DNA from: Yuukianura sp. NJ FZ-2021
Taxonomy: Eukaryota
DNA length: 64,000 bases
Assembly (NCBI GenBank): GCA_046563655.1
Contig: CM102290.1
Location: 9,734,001 to 9,798,000 of the forward strand
Direction of reading: 5' to 3'
The notes under the pieces are model-generated. The model ran no database searches. It worked only from the letters and a program-made list of their open reading frames with translations, and was not told where the DNA came from. This document shows, piece after piece, positions 36,925 through 50,099 of this stretch. The position numbers and the translations under genes were made by a program. Position 1 is the stretch's first letter. The number at the start of each line of letters is the position of its first letter.

Positions 36925-38828
36925 ATGTGTCCATTATGGCCAGCACATTACATCTTGATGTACATCCTCATCCTGGGTCCACTTTGGCTGCTGTCCTTCC
37001 AAGTCATAGGATCAGTAGCTCAAGCTACTGGTGACAAGTGGGATGTCACATTTAGCCCAGCTTCTGTGGAGAAGCTGTATATGGGTCAAATGCAGAAAGT
37101 AGAGGTACTTTTTGGCAATAATGCAACTTATAGTACCTAAGATGCAAGATAAGTCCTACTAGACACATAATCTAAATTAATTGTTTTGGTTTTAGCTGTT
37201 GTTCGATCGCTTAGCCCGAGAAAGGCTTAAAGACGAAGCTGGCGGTGGAAATGTGACTTTAGAGTATATATTAGAAGATGTTGTGGATGGACCTCCAATA
37301 GCTGAAATTGTTCCATCGGAATTGTTTAAGTTAGACTCCACCAAATTCCTCGAAGAGAACCAACCCAATCCTTGGTTCAACGTCAGTGGACTATTTTTGG
37401 GAAGGACAAAGGTTAGCGTTAATCGAACGGATGCAAATACTGGTAGAACGTTCACGTCGAACAACTTGGACGTAACTGTCCTTAGAGAGACATCTATATT
37501 GGACACGATATTTACCGGCAGTGTGGCGACTCTGGTTGCTATTATTTACATTAACATGGGCGCTGCAGTGGACACTAGAATCTTGAAAGCAACGATCAAA
37601 AAACCAATTGGTCCAGCCATTGGTTTCTTTTCTCAGTTCGTCACAATGCCAGTTGTAAGTTCCATGAATCTGAATGGCAATTGTATACCTCGCATCGTCT
37701 ACACTGACACTTATATTTAAAACTGCTTTTACAGCTCTCTTACGTTATTGCCAAAATATTTATACCGTTGGCATCTATGCAATTGGGCTTGTTCATCACG
37801 GGGTGCTCTCCTGCTGGTGGTGCTTCCAATATTTGGACACTTACACTTGGCGGTAACTTGGATTTGTCCATTACAATGACAACGATTTCTACTTTCTCTG
37901 CGTTTGGTGAGCTCCTAAAACCTAAAGTGAACGAGTTTTAGCCTATTTATTGTAGGTTGTACTTGTAACTACAGTGACTTCCTATACTTGTTTCTACATT
38001 AACATTTACTTTCTGGTTCTTCAGTTATGATGCCACTGTGGATTTTGACCTTGGGAGCAACGCTTATGCGGGAGGCCGAGTTGGGAATTCCGTACAGAAA
38101 CATTGCGACATTTGCAATTGCTCTAATTGTACCTCTCACGATCGGCATCATTATTCAAAAAACTCTGCCGAAGGTTGGGAAGTTTTTGGTTCGAATTTTA
38201 AAGCCGTTTGCCATCTTCCTGATTATTTACATCGTCGTGTTTGCTGTGTACACCAATTTGTTTCTGTTTCAACTCTTTAGTTGGCAGGTAAAACGTCAAA
38301 ACCAACTTGATGAACGTTTGCTTGATTGTGAATTAAGAATCAATTACTTGTCAGATTGTGGCCAGTGGACTTCTGCTGCCATGGCTTGGATACTTGCTTG
38401 GAGGTGGATTGGCTTGGGTGTGTCGGCAGGAACCACGTGACATCTTAGCAATTTCGATTGAAACTGGTGTTCAGAATACTGGTCTTGCTATTCTTGCTTT
38501 ACGAATGTCGCTTCCACCGCCAGAGTCCGACCTTACTACAGGTACGTTTCCAGAAAAAAAACGAAAGTAGTTTTTCAAAAAAGTTAAAACAATTGAAAAA
38601 ATTTCAATTTCAAATTCACGTACTAATAATCTTGTGTTGATTTTTGGGTTTTTAGTGCTTCCAGTGGCTGTGGCCATCTTTACGCCTGTCATCCCATGTT
38701 TTATTTTTATTGGACAAAAAATTACTGGGTGGCAGGGAGATAAAAGCACGAGTAAGCAAGACATCATCTACAATTTTCCATCGTCTAACGAAGTCTCCAC
38801 TGGAAGTACTGCTGGAAGTGAAAGCTAA
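36925..38828 (+). CDS. SLC10 family sodium/bile acid symporter-like protein (P3/SLC10A3-type N-terminal extension)
   Basis: Signal-like N-terminus and an extracellular region, then INMGAAVD, KKPIGPAIGFFSQFVTMP, GCSPAGGASNIWT, LDLSITMT, MMPLWI and AISIETGVQNTGLA, which are typical SBF/SLC10 motifs. Confidence 0.9.
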
Positions 38829-39431
38829 ACCATTGTTTAGTTGAACTAAAAGGAGTTTAGTTAGTTTAAACTTTGGTTTTGAAGCGTAAAAAACTTTAGA
38901 ACAAACTGATTCTCCTGATGCGCTAGAAAGACGAGTGTGAATTGTGTTGAAAATTATAAAGAATTAGAAGATAATAAAAAGACTTAATTTGGTTGTGCTG
39001 AATTCACTGACCTCAGACCTTATCTCCAAAGCTGACTTTGCCAACCTTAGTACTACAACATAGATTCATACTAGAATGAAAGTTTTATTTTGTAAAATGA
39101 AATACTTTACGCCTCATGTGACAATACATAATTCGTAATAAACTGGAAACAGTAGGATTTAAATTAATGAAAAGGGAGGAGGATAGATCGAGTTTTGAAT
39201 CAACTCGAGATTCGACATTTAGAGCTAAACTGTAATTGTAGTAGATTCATTACTTAGGAAAAGTGTTAGAATTTACGATAAATGTAATGTACGTTGACCC
39301 GAATTCCTCTTCTTCCTTATTTCAAACCGAAACGTTTTCATCTGGATTTACATACTTTACTGAGATAATAGTGATGATCATGACAGCTGTTTTCTCTTCC
39401 TCAGTGCTTAGTTGTCTCCTGTGGGGGTACT

Positions 39432-40059
39432 TCAGTTACGTTTCACTGTGGACAAATAACAGCGCTTTAGAATTGTGATCTTCTAACGTCATAGATCAAT
39501 TTAATTCTATCACAAAACTTGCGTTACCTTCAGTTAGTCCCTTGACTTTGAGACGCTCAGCCGTCTTCAAAAAGGCAGGAAGCGAGTCCTGAGGAACATT
39601 GACCTCTCCGGCGTACATGAACTCCAGGATGGATTGAAGGTGGTTGAATGGAATGTCCTTCAAGATGATAATCGGATGCTTGGATGGATTATTCTGTAGA
39701 GAGAAAATACTATTAGTTTATAAACAAATGAATCTTTGTCGTCTTCTCTTTTAAATATGGAATGGACAATATCGTTGTAAGTAACCGTTTACTGGCAAGA
39801 TGCCGTGTTGGTGTTACTGTTATAATTCAACGATACCATTGAAACCCTTATGTCTTTTTCTTACCTCCAGAAGTGTTTTGAAGTATGGGCTGCACGCGGA
39901 GAGTACCATTTTGTGAGCCTTGCATGTTTGCCCATCGCAAGCCAAAGTGACATCTGTAAAGCTACGTTCTGTTCGCAGGTTCTTGAATGAGCTGACAATG
40001 TTGGAATGGAAGTCATTCCATCTCAAGCAGAATTGCTGTTGCTCTTCTCCTGAAGCCAT
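39432..40059 (-). CDS. lolal: Longitudinals lacking-like (Batman), a BTB-only protein
   Basis: MASGEEQQQFCLRWNDFHSNIVSSFKNLRTERSFTDVTLACDGQTCKAHKMVLSACSPYFKTLLE/ENPSKHPIIILKDIPFNHLQSILEFMYAGEVNVPQDSLPAFLKTAERLKVKGLTE/VKRN*. The BTB domain is followed almost at once by a stop, as in lolal. Confidence 0.92.
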
Positions 40060-40711
40060 TGATGTGGATATTGCCAATGGATGATAAACGGTAAAAGGTA
40101 GACTACTGTAGTGTTGACAGGTGAAGCCTTGGTATTGCCCGGCTCTCGGTCTCGGTGTCTTGTACTTCTGAATCCGGAACCCGGCTAACGATACTGAAAT
40201 TAAGTAAATAATGCTTGTTAACAACGAGTTATCTAAGTGGTAAATTGTTTTATACTTGTCGATTACTGAAATACAAATGACACTGACCTCAGCTTCACGA
40301 TTCCTGACCTAGAAAACAAAGGATGTGAAGAGAAACTTGGAGAAGAAACAGCAAGAAGACAATTCCAAACCAATGGAAAGCAGAGTATGAAAAAAGAGAG
40401 AGTCAACGACGAGAGTTTACTACTCGCACATCGGCATGCCTCGATCAGTCATGTATATATAGTTTCCAAACAGAAATAAGGTGACATAAATTTGCGATTA
40501 CATCATATTTTACATTGGTACGAGTAATAGATAATATTAAAGGTTAAAAAAAATATTAAAGTTAAATAAAAAAGATATAAAAAAGATAAAGCTATAATCT
40601 TACTTACTTACTTAGTACATTAGTCTTTAGTTTGCAACGATAGTTTGTTAGAAACTTAAACTTGACCATTATCTTATAAAAATTACTCATTTTAAAAACA
40701 TTTGTTTTTTG

Positions 40712-40926
40712 CATGAGAGGGCCACGAAAACCTGCACACCCGATATTTGTTTTCCTAGTAACAACGAAGAAGTGTGGAAGAAAAGACGTAACGTTTGGGC
40801 TGAAAAGTTTGATTCCGTTGCACAACTATCATTTCAGGTTTTTTGTGTAACGGTTCTCCCCACGCAATTTATCAGAATAAACAAGAAGGTACTTTTGAGG
40901 TGTGCAGGTTTACGTGCACCTCACTG
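40712..40926. mobile_element. Tc1/mariner-type MITE remnant
   Basis: The right end GGTGTGCAGGTTTACGTGCACCTCACTG|TA (reverse complement TA|CAGTGAGGTGCACGTAAACCTGCACACC) pairs with the degenerate left end CATGAGAGGGCCACGAAAACCTGCACACC. A CAGTG terminus with a TA flank is characteristic of this superfamily. Confidence 0.6.
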
Positions 40927-42241
40927 TATAATATATTGAATTGTTATGCATTTTATTTTTACTTCTATGCCTTAAATGTGGTAGCCTTTTTTACTCACAA
41001 TCACTTTCACTAAATTTCATAATGCATATTTAACAATGTTATAGTGGGTACTTTATGTTATTAAAAGTAAGTGTAAAAGCTAATGCCGATGTCTGACCCA
41101 CAGAAGAAGGGGTTTACGTCAATGGAAATGGCACGTCAACTTAAAGTAAAAGGGAAAGGGGTGAGGGAGGGACGGGGTGAGAAAATTGTGAAGGGAAATA
41201 TGTAGCACTTTCTCAGTTACACTTAAACGTGTTACTCCTCGTCCTCAGACGATATTTAACTGAATAATTATCATACAATACATAGTGCAATAAATATTAT
41301 ATAAGTGTTTTCTTTTAAGTAGTCCAGTTAAATTGCCATCGAGCTGTAAGGAAAGTAATTAATTAATTGGGTTAGAAAGGAAACTCACGAGTTAAGGATA
41401 ATTGGAATAGGTTGCAATACATTTCGCCTCATGCAAGCAGGTTTGACTTTTGACCAATCCGGATGCAGGAGATAGAAAGATTTCTCCCGCGTCGCACTCA
41501 AAATCCAATTCATTCAAACTTTGCAAATTTTAAGTTTCCCTTTACTTCATTCATCAGTTTTTTTTTTATAAATCTCATTTTCGTTTCATCACTCTGTTGC
41601 GTAGCATGTAGCAGTTGATGACTGATTAGTAATTAATTTTTTTTCGTTTAAGTTAGACGAGGGCAGAGGAGCAAACCTAATCTCAATTAAACACAAACAA
41701 GACTTGAGTCGTTGCGTATCAACTTTCGTATTAATCTAATCACAAGAAACCAAACGGGGTGAGTAAACTGTTGATGCATGATGCTTCTAGTCTAATCGTA
41801 TTGAGAATAAACTCGTGTTAGTAGCCTTTATGTTTAAACTTTTAGATTTACTAGCAGGACACACGTCGAAGGACGCACGACTGGAAACGATTACGAGCTA
41901 CACCGCACGGGCATTAACGAAGGGACAAACTGTTTCTAATAACAAAACATATTGTTTGATTAATCGCCACCGTGGATAAGTCGGGGTTTTCGGAATTCAC
42001 TGAGCCTCACTTCTTCCTGAACCGAGTGGAAAGGAACTTTGAGGTCAAGGGTGACAACGCTTAAGGCTTAAAAAACCTTGTTCACTCGTGCATCAACACG
42101 CAAAGTAGAGTGTCTAACTTCTAACTGCATGCATTTTACAATTATATTAGAACAGCTTTTGCATAGTTGACTTATGATATGAAGGCAATTGGAATTTCAA
42201 CTTCAAGATTCCGTATTTTCTAGGTCTCAGTGATTATCACA

Positions 42242-43499
42242 ATGGTTGACGACAGTAGTCCAGCAACTGAGGAAACTGGAGTGGTGAACAGAGACGACAG
42301 AGATCATCATGCGAAGTCGCGGCGGATCCCTCCATCAATGGAAGTTCCCCAAAATAAGTCCAAGTTGAATGGATCAATATTGGACGTCGTCGCTGCGACG
42401 TCAATTAACGATCCAGGAGAAATTAGTGTAACGTCGCTTAACACGATCATCATCATCTCCATCTTCTTCTTCTCTGTCTGTGGTCTCATTTTTCTTACAA
42501 TGTCATTGCCAGAGTTTGAAGAGTAAGTTGAATTCTCAGAGTTACTTGATCTTGACTTTAAAATTCTCAATCAATTCACTTCCACTTTTCCTATGTAGAT
42601 CCGAGAAGCCGTTTCTGAAATTACCAACTAGTCTAGACGATGCCAAAATTCTTGGTGACATCCTTTCGCGCTACAAAGACAAATACTACTTTTCTGTTTT
42701 GGGTGGTATATTTGTGTTGTACATTTTGTAAGTTACTATTCTCTGCCCTTCATTTTTACTCAACAAGTCTAATAAGTTGTTACGTAATTTTCCATTTCAG
42801 TCTTCAAACGTTCGCAATCCCTGGTTCTATTTTTCTCTCCATCATGTCTGGATTTCTGTTTCCATTTTTCGTGGCATTGGGTCTCATTTGCTTCTGCTCT
42901 GCCACGGGAGCGTCTCTGTGTTACTTTATTTCACACAAAATCGGCCGGAAACTGGTGTACTACTATTTTCCAGAAAAAGTGGATCAATGGGCGGAGACGG
43001 TGAGTGACAAGCCAGTTGAAAATCTTGTATCTTCCCCCTAACTAACCTCAACACTAACGTTAAGATTAACTGAATACATATGTTTTTTTTTTCAAGGTGA
43101 AGCGACATCAAGATCATTTGACCAATTATATCATTTTCCTGCGTATTACGCCTTTTCTACCGAACTGGTTCATAAACATCGCAGCCCCGATACTTGATGT
43201 TCCGCTCCTTCCGTTTTGGGTCGGCACTTTTATCGGTAAACCAAACAACTTTGATTATTCTAATCAAAATCAACGTGAAGACCATCGTCTGACAATGTCT
43301 CTAATTTATTAACGTCGATCTGCCACTAGGTGTCGCTCCACCATCATTTTTGGCCATCCAAGCTGGAACAACTCTTCAGCAACTATCCTCTTCCAACGCC
43401 GTTGTGTCATGGACTTCACTTTTGCTCCTCGTTGGCGTTGGTCTTCTGTCTCTACTACCAATAGCATTCAAGTCAATGCTCAAATCTAAATTCGAATAA
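42242..43499 (+). CDS. TMEM41B: Transmembrane protein 41B / stasimon (VTT/DedA domain)
   Basis: LDDAKILGDILSRYKD, YIFLQTFAIPGSIFLSIMSGFLFPF, YIIFLRITPFLPNWFINI, GVAPPSFLAIQAGTTL and a C-terminal KSKFE*. Five exons. Confidence 0.96.
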
Positions 43500-44094
43500 C
43501 AACTTTACCAAATGTTCCAAAGTTCACTAGTCCCGAAAAAAAATGTTAACGTATAGCATTATTATCTGTCGTCTCGTTTAACGCATTTGATGGTAACACT
43601 TCACTTTCATTTTCAATTCAATCGTGAGATTTTTTTTCCAAAATTAAACCGTGATATTCGTGAGATCAAAATTCTCTCAAACCAAAAATCATTTGAAATG
43701 TTGGTTTGCAAGAGTTTTTGTTCATAGTTTCATTTGTTGCCTGGAGATATTTGAGCAATGAGCATCTGTGCGCGGGAGAGTGTGAAAGTGTTAAGTGGAT
43801 CTCACGGATGAGCTCCATGCATAACTTATGAACGTAAGATGAGCCACATGAGTCTGAACCGAGTGACGTGACCCTTGGGACCCTTCCCCCACCCCTAAAA
43901 ACGAAAACATTTTTGAAAAAAAAATCAAAACTTTTTTTTTAAGTAGCAGATCGTTGGTGGAGTAGTTTTGCAGTTTTTAGCTTAAAATGCTGCTTTATGA
44001 AGGTTTTAGTTGAAATATTTGTTCTAAAAATCTAATTGGATTTTTAGAACAATTTTGTTTTTGCTTTTAACAAGCACCGGGAGATAAACTTGCT

Positions 44095-44301
44095 GGGGCT
44101 TCGCCACAGAAATCTCTTCAACGTCTTCATCACATTTTTGTAATTGTCGGACAGTGTTGCCGGATGGATAAAATATTTCTTCCACCAACATCAAATTAAG
44201 TGAAAGTATCCAGTCGATCCATTTTATCCAGCCATTTCTTCATGATGAAACCGGATGAAATATATTATCCACTGGACTGGATATCCAATCGACGAAACCC
44301 C
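44095..44301. mobile_element. Degenerate MITE-like element with GGGG termini and internal TGGATAAAAT/ATTTTATCCA motifs
   Basis: GGGGCTTCG at the left and CGAAACCCC at the right. Several (C/T)GGAT / ATCCA motifs in both orientations lie between 44160 and 44290. Confidence 0.4.
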
Positions 44302-46782
44302 AAAAATGTAATGCTGTGAATGATTTTGTGTAGGATTGAGGATCTGGTAAAGCGTAGGCTGGGAGTAGATTATGTTTCTCTATTAACTAACGTAACCGAG
44401 TTACGAATTAGATTCCAATGACTAGAACGATGTACGGAGTGTGTTAATTGTTGAGGTGTGTGTTTGATGATAAATGGAGGGAGTGTGTGCGTATGGGGTA
44501 ATATTGGATTTGGATTTGTGAGTCAAAGGAGGTATATAGAGGCGCTAGATTTTGAATTTCTTTAGAAATAGTAGTGTAGTGGGGTGATGGATGTTGGGGG
44601 GAAAGTCCTCTTGTCAAATATGATTAATGCTTTCTCCACTGTGCAACCTATTAAGATCCGCAAATTCACAAAAGTCCCATTATCCAAACCTCCTTTCACC
44701 ATCCAAAATTATTCCAAAAATGAACAAAATCATATACACTCCCAACCACCGCAATCCCACTCCGTTCTACTTGGTCTCTGTCACGCACAAACATTTTTTT
44801 ACGAAAAAAAAAAATTAATAAAGAAGTTTCAAAAAAGGCTTCGGAAAAAAAATTCAAAATTGTTAAAATTTGCAACCTTGTTTTTGAAAAATACATTTAA
44901 TTGTTATTAGCAAGGTTCATTTCGGTGGTTTTCAGAGTAATGCTTACCAGATGCAGTTGAAACTTTTTTAGTACGCATGCATGAAATCTTTTTTTATTAA
45001 AAATTTTTGTTCCGATTTTTTTGATCACTTCCGCTTCTATATTTTCTTGAAAGAATAAATAATGGATTGAAGTGAACGTGCAGACAGTTTCACTTCTTTT
45101 TCATTTCATCATTTAGACCAATCAGCGTTCAACCTGTTTCCTCCCTTCAATATCTAATTTCTACTAATGGACTTTCTTTTTACTTGAACAAAAATACGAA
45201 AAAAAAATTTCAATTAAAAAACATTCGAAAGGATAATTTAAACAAAAGTGTATATTGCAAACAAAATTTTGAAAGTGTGGTGTGAGTCAAGAAAGTGGCT
45301 CATTGTTTTGGATTCCCAGGGGATTTTGGCGTCTGTCCACTTCTTTACTTTTAAAAAACGTTAAAGTGGGGTGATGGACCATATTGTGTCACTTCCGCAA
45401 GTCTGGAGTCCGGGAGCGGGGAAATTTGAAATCTAAAAAAAGAGAGGGAAGATGATCACATCAATCTTCAGCGGATGTCACTCCCTGTTTAAATCCAAAG
45501 TCTTTCTAAAAGATGAAAATATTCCAGAATCCGGATCAGGGGAAAGGAGGGGGAGGGTGGTTGGAGGGGGAACTTTTAAAAAAGTGACTTTGCGGTTATC
45601 GAATTTGGGCAGGAACACAAAAGCAGAATTTTAATTTATGTTCTTTCGATATAGAAAAGGCAGAGCAGGAGAAAGTATTGGGATTGATTGAAGAGAAGGC
45701 AGGAAGAAAGCATCCTCATTAATCATGTTGACAGCATTATTTGTACAAAAGGAATAAGAGACAAGGAGAGGGGAATTAGTCACTTTTCAAAAAATACGAT
45801 TTTTAAAAAAGTTGGATTTAAAAAAGTTGGGATACGAAAATATGTAATATAAACAACTCGCTTCAGAGAACTGGTTTATCGAACTTTTATTAAAAACGTA
45901 CTATTGACTGAAGCCGATCCACTTTTAAAAATAAAAAATCTTTCAAAATTCAAGCAAAAAAAAATCCAAATACTTTCCACGTTAGCGAGCACGTTTGCTA
46001 ACGTTTTTCACTTTCACTAAAACGTTTTGAACGTTTTGTTGTACTACGGGTATTTTCGTGTAACTTCAAGACAAAATAGATAGCTTATTTCGTTTCTGTT
46101 GAAATTGAAACATAACCTTACAAACGCAGTCTAATTTGTTGGAGCCACAACTTGAAAAAATTTCCTCGATTTTTTTTTTGAAAAACAACTCACGTTTTTA
46201 AAGAAAACGAAAAAAACGTTAATGGTGCTTTCTCCTGCTTGTTCTAGTCTTGATATTTTTGAGATGGGAATTTGGTGAGATGTGATTACTTTCTCATTAG
46301 GAGACGCTTTTTAGGTTAGGTTATGAAAAAGAGAAGGAAACGCAACGTTAGATTTTGTAACCTAACGAAAGCCTAACCTAAAGTACCAGTGAAAGTCATT
46401 TTCATCAACAGCGTAAAGCATTAAATCCCTTTTCTAAAAAAAAGTAATAGAACCACGCAATTCATTAATTTTCAAACTTCAATTTTCCTTCATTTCAAAT
46501 TTCATTTGAAATTGGAAGCTTTCTCGCCCATTCTCTCCACAGCTTTCTTCTCTCAATTATGATCATGCTTTCTCCATAAAAATTTTACGTTAGGTTACGT
46601 TTTTCTGGGAAGTTCAAATATGTATAAATCTTCATTTCAAAACTCGAATTTACCATATTTATCTTTTTCAACAAGTTTTTCAAAGTTTCTTTTTGTGAAG
46701 AATGTATTGCTGTTGATTCAAATGACTTTTGATGGTTGGCATATATCGTCAGTTTTTTAGGGATAACGATGGCGCAAGATGG

Positions 46783-46876
46783 AAACGAATTTTGAATGCA
46801 AGATTGGTGCCTTTTTTCCAAACGGAATTTGAATGCACGATTGGCGCGCCTTCTTTTTCAAACGGAATTTGAATGT
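46783..46876. repeat. About 2.5 copies of a 37-40 nt minisatellite
   Basis: AAACG(A/G)A(A/T)TTTGAATG recurs at 46783, 46820 and 46860, with GATTGG(T/C)GC in the first two units. Confidence 0.75.
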
Positions 46877-49850
46877 GCTAAGCGATTTGGAGTGAAAGTG
46901 GAGGAGAAAGCGTGATAAAATATTATTTATGAGGATTCTGAGCGATTATCAGTCCAGAAAGCTTCTCCCTTAGACTCCAGCCATAAGTCACTTTAAATTT
47001 ATTCTGGAAGGGAACAGTGTTAGAGAAGGAACGAAATTAAAAAAAATCTTACATAAAGTTACATGTTGATGGTTAAGGGGTGGGGTCCCCTCCTGTACCC
47101 CCTTGCTTGAGTGGGGGTGCGTGATGATGAGAGTTGACAAGACTTCGACGGTCCAATCTGTCACTTTCTTCAATTCTTTCGTCAGGGGAACTTCATTTAA
47201 AAGACTCAATTACTCTCGCCAGAAATAAATTTTATCCCCAGCCCCACCCCATAATGGGTATTGCAGGGGGCAGGGTGAGAGGTTTAGAAAAAACCAAAAA
47301 CAGAAAAAACTTTCACCAAAAGAATTTTTGTGGCGAAAAAGTAAAGATTGGTGGGGACTGGAAGTTTAAGTTTTGAAAACGGCGTGGCGGTAGCCTTCTA
47401 CTCTGTGCGTTGCGCTCCAAAAATTCAAAGTTGAAAACTTTTCACCACTGCTTTTCCTTTTATAAAAATTGATGCCTTAAGAGCTAATGAGATTTGGAGT
47501 GTATGTGTGTATGTTGGAGTGGTGGGTGGTGAAAGTGGTGTGTGCTTGTGAAGGAATTGAATGGGATTTGTGGAGATGAAGAAAGTAAGAGTGTTGTATG
47601 AATGCATTATGAGCCTCCTAGATTATTACGTTCCAAAAACATCCCTAACCTAAGGTTAACCTAATGTTAACCTAACCGTCATCGCAAAAAAGAAGCGGGA
47701 GTTGGGAAAGTATTTTAAAACATAAAACTGGGCTGGGCAACGGAAGACAAAAGGAAAGAAAGTCTTTCTGATTTGAATTCTGGAAAAAAGTTAAATAAAA
47801 GAGCGGGAAAAGGGCGCTTCCCCGCTCTCTCCTTTGTTTTCTCTCACTTTCACTTTCGACTTTTGACCCCTCAAGGCACAAGTTCAATTCAAACTCACTT
47901 CAAAAATTATTAGTTCCAACTCAAAAACTCCCGCCTCTTTGGCCCCTTTTTTGAATTTAATATTAAGAACAAACTTCTTGAACACTGAAATAAAAGTTTA
48001 TGCAAAGAGAAACAAAGAAATCCATTCGCCTCTGGACGTTGTTTTTCCTCATCTCCTTTCTCTCTTCCCCTTTCGCGTCAAAGTTTGAAAAAAAAATTAA
48101 ACTAGTTTTCTCTCTACTTTCCTCGTTTTTTGTAGTACAAACACCAAAACGCTTTGCATCTAATCAAATTTAAACCAGATTTGACAGTCGGCAAATTTTG
48201 AAATTTCAGCAAATTAAGATAAGTTTTCAATTTGTAATTTCTGGCGCTACGGAAGGGTTTGATTCTCGTAAGGTTAAGTTGGTTTGGCCCGATTATGTTA
48301 GTTAGGTTTAGATTATGTTGTATGTTAGGTCAGACCAGTTTTACGAAGTTTGAAGAAAATAATGAAAGTGGGTTTGCGTTTTCTTTTGATTTATTCATAT
48401 GGAAGGAAGCATGATTTATGCAGGCATATCAAACAGAGAACTCCCGCCAAAATCCCATTGACTTTCTCCTGTGCCCCTCCAGTCAAACAGAAATTAGATC
48501 TTGAGAAAATCCACTCAAAAGAAGCTGCAGTTCAGCACAAGTATAAGGCCCACAACACACCTAATCACAACAAACATAACTTTTTCACAAAGAAAAAAAA
48601 ACCCAAGCTCGTACGCACTAAATACTAGGTACAATTTCAAAGATTTTGGTTTCAGAATAATTTTAAGCTCGATTTACACTTCGCTCAATTTAAACAATCG
48701 CGGTTTTAGCCAAAGCCTGGTGCATACAGGCTTCGCCTGCAATTGTTTCAATTTCGCTCGCGTTGAGATTCACAACCTCCGCATAATATGAATGCAAAGT
48801 CAAATTTTTGTTTTCAAAGGAATTTAAAAAAACTTGGAAAATATTTCATTTGAAGTTTGAGACTTTTGTAAAATTATGAGAATGCATTATTTTTGTCTGT
48901 TTATTTTTTGTACGCTGAGGCATAACTACATTCGGGTTGTAATGTTAGTATTTTCTTTTGTAATTTGGCGGATGGTGGTGAGGAGGGAAGAAACAAATGG
49001 TGCGTAGTTGTAACTGGATCATAAACTTTTGAATAATAGATTCCCTCTGAGAGTGTGGAGAAAAAAGAGAGTGAGGGAGTGAAGTTCATATCGAACTGGA
49101 AAATTACACCTGGGCCCCACCACTTTCCACACACTTAACAGCCACCGAGTCAAAGTGGGGCTGACAGAAGGCCCCACCACGGCACTCCAACCCACCATCA
49201 CACTTCTTTCACAAACAACTAAAAAAGAGTCGATTCTGGAATTTTTTTTTGATAATTTGCTCTCAAATTGTTAGCTTAATTTTTTTAAGAATCAAACTTT
49301 AAAAAATTCTGAAAATGTAAACTAGGCTTAAGCAGAATTACGAATCTGTATAATTAAAGGATTTTCAGAGACTCGGCAGAAATGCTGCGGTTTCTATTTC
49401 CCAGAAATTTTAATGGTGGAAAGCGGGCTTAGCTTAAGAAAGATATTTTGCAATTCGATTCGAAATTTTTTAACCCTTTGAAAACCTGGATTCTACTATT
49501 TAATTAATTTTGTTTTTGGAGAAACTGGAGAGCGCGGGAAAATTTGTGTGATGTTTGGAGAGTTTGATTTAATTTAAGGTGGGGCGGGTGTTAGTGGGGC
49601 CAGAAGTGGATGATTGATTGTCTTCCGGCGCTCAAGTGGATCTTATCAATAAACATAGCTTTCTGTCCAACTCAGCCTCTGCTATCTCCGCAAACCGAAA
49701 ACTCTCAAAATACCCGGGAGATTTCTGGAGAACCTATCAGTATATATACTAGATCCACTTAAACTCCAGTCACACGCCAACTTTCAAATAATCCCCACCG
49801 GATTGACCTCATTTCACACCTCACTCACAAACAAAAGGTTGCACTCCTTG

Positions 49851-50099
49851 GGTTTATTGTGCAATTTACTCACTAGTGTCCGCGCATCCACTTTGAGTCA
49901 GAACCTGGGTCATGGGTTCGATTCCACCTATCTGCAACTTTTTTCTCCTGTCATTGGTATTTCATATTCTTCTGAACCCAAATTAGGTTTCCCAAAGATT
50001 AAGGTTTATTGCGCAATTTACTCATCAGTGTCCTCGAATCCATTTTGAGTCAAAACCTGAGTCGTGGGTTCGATCCCAACTGTCAGCAAGATTTTTTTT
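49851..50099 (+). repeat. Tandem pair of tRNA-derived (SINE-head-like) units with a Pol III B box and an oligo-T end
   Basis: Two ~95-nt copies 152 nt apart (49851-49944 and 50003-50099). Each has GTC(A/G)TGGGTTCGAT(T/C)CC (B boxes at 49915-49925 and 50067-50077) and ends in a T-run. No convincing A box or cloverleaf. Confidence 0.6.

Noticed and set aside
7833..43499. A functional autophagy/trafficking gene cluster (Sbf, Rab9, TMEM41B, beta-COP)
   Set aside because: These are common housekeeping classes mixed with unrelated genes. Nothing in the sequence shows co-regulation.
49851..50099. Functional tRNA genes
   Set aside because: The B box is present, but no A box, D arm or acceptor stem could be built. 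Reported as tRNA-derived repeats instead.
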